Position numbers and translations under genes: made by a program. A stretch of 63,392 nucleotides of DNA, the filler included, from Craspedostauros australis (lineage: Eukaryota), in assembly GCA_030167865.1 (NCBI GenBank). It is 13 parts of 13 records of this genome, joined end to end, with 100 filler letters (N's around TTAATTAATTAA, not from the genome) between each part and the next. Parts side by side here need not be neighbours in the genome. Positions count along the whole stretch, not along the records: positions 61,864 to 63,392 come from JALAGF010004913.1; 12 more parts are not named here. One strand, 5' to 3'. Below are positions 62,158 through 63,392 of this stretch, one piece after another (positions within the stretch are counted from its first letter, which is position 1; every line of letters begins with the position of its first letter). The notes beneath the pieces were generated by a model, which saw only the letters and a program-made list of their open reading frames with translations, ran no database searches and had not been told where the DNA came from.

Positions 62158-63392
62158 ATGACCCATCCACGTGAGGATTCAAGCATCGATCCCAATCCAT
62201 CCCAATCAAAGGTGCAACGTCGAACAGCAAATGCTGGCACATCCATCCATCACCAACCACCTCATGGGCACTACGCATCGTACCAATACTCTGCACCTGT
62301 CGGGCCGAACAACCATGGCAGCATCCACAGCCCTCCTCTCCCCATGGTTGCGAATCATCATGTCCCTCCCAATGCACAACCTCCTTCCTTTTGCATCCCC
62401 AGCTACATCAGTACAGGCATGGGTGGTCTACCATACTCGACATTCCACCCCAACAACAGCATAGCAACTCCCACTTCCAACTACATGGGGCCCAACTGTT
62501 TTGGCATTATGCCTTGCAAGCAATGTCTGACCCTGTTCTGCAGTCACTGCAGTAGGCCACCATTTTGCCCAAACTGTGCGTCATCCATCGGCGGAGGTGC
62601 ACGTCACGCAGGTGTGAATGCCTTTGTGCCACAGGCAAATTCGTTCTCCATTGGGACTCGTAGTGATGCTGCTGCGCCCACACGCCCCAAGCGCAAATCA
62701 TCAGCAACCAGACGCAGGACGCCAAATCAACACGCAGGAGATGATGTGCTCGCGCGACGAGATGTCGCTGTGTCTATGGAAGAGTGCGAGTCGGATTGTG
62801 CGAGTACGAACAGTGCCGATGACACCGATGTCGAGTATGTTCCAGAAGCAGAGGATGCTGTAAACAGAAAAGGACTACTTATATCTATCTTCAGATCAGC
62901 AGGCATTGGCATTCGAGCAATTTCGAAATTCCCTGTGCGTGGATTTGGAGGCATCCCACCAAGGGGAGCCAAGCGCCACTGGAGTCTCATCAAACGAATC
63001 TGGAAAGAGCTGTGTAGCGGAACATCCGAACATGCAGTCTTCCCTGGCGCGAAACCATCACCTCAACTTTGGGAAGCCATGACCTTCGTGCGACATCGCA
63101 AACAACTCCCTCCTGTGTTGCTGGAGCAGACTCTCTGTCATTTAGCCTTCTGGGGGAATCGAGACCTGTCACTGACTGCTCGTGCGGTTTTGGCAATGAC
63201 CTGCAACTCTGGACGCTGCACCCGAATCCTGGCCATGCACTACGGTGGCTTGTCGAAAGAGGACAAGGCGAAGGTCATGCCAGGATGTCGAACCATGTCT
63301 CGTACAGCACACAGGCGACTGTCGCGCGCTGGAGGTGCGATCCTTGCTGGAGGCCAGTTCCCACACGCAGACTACAAGTACCGTGTCAAGGA
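62158..63392 (+). CDS. Unlisted long ORF running off the window end; paralog of the 51306 ORF
   Basis: The frame is open from 61930 to the end (first ATG at 62158). WSLIKRIW...FVRHRKQLPPVLL...TARAVLAM...CTRILAMHYGGLSKE...YRV aligns with WSYIKQVW...YVRGNVELPPTML...TVRAALAM...CTAILGRHAQGLSEE...YRV. Confidence 0.75.
   Translation, partial: MTHPREDSSIDPNPSQSKVQRRTANAGTSIHHQPPHGHYASYQYSAPVGPNNHGSIHSPPLPMVANHHVPPNAQPPSFCIPSYISTGMGGLPYSTFHPNNSIATPTSNYMGPNCFGIMPCKQCLTLFCSHCSRPPFCPNCASSIGGGARHAGVNAFVPQANSFSIGTRSDAAAPTRPKRKSSATRRRTPNQHAGDDVLARRDVAVSMEECESDCASTNSADDTDVEYVPEAEDAVNRKGLLISIFRSAGIGIRAISKFPVRGFGGIPPRGAKRHWSLIKRIWKELCSGTSEHAVFPGAKPSPQLWEAMTFVRHRKQLPPVLLEQTLCHLAFWGNRDLSLTARAVLAMTCNSGRCTRILAMHYGGLSKEDKAKVMPGCRTMSRTAHRRLSRAGGAILAGGQFPHADYKYRVK

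Overview
Eukaryotic DNA, almost certainly from a diatom (silicon-transporter remnant, ASAF-type plastid presequence, GT-AG introns, CoDi-like Copia elements). The window is not continuous: 12 artificial N44-TTAATTAATTAA-N44 linkers join 13 contigs, so adjacency across linkers is meaningless. Contig 1 (1-9995) is genic: subtilase, alpha-kinase, single-pass LRR protein, secreted PTSA-repeat/Cys-rich protein. Most of the rest is nested transposable elements: three LTR families, three Copia internal regions, RNase H-bearing LINEs, PIF/Harbinger-superfamily deletion derivatives, an intact mariner-type transposase, two paralogous unknown (possibly Sola-like) ORFs and two minisatellites. There is also an ankyrin gene, a SIT pseudogene and an LTR-disrupted secreted-protein pseudogene. 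Best leads: (1) a Copia element with TA...TA LTR termini, a ~290-aa tail after RNase H and a 584-aa extra ORF coupled by an ATGA overlap; (2) a tRNA-like unit with Pol III-type signals whose leader recurs in another element; (3) a DNA transposon with an ACT target duplication and an empty site in the window; (4) a solo LTR with a 6-bp target duplication. All alignments were done by eye and no database searches were run.
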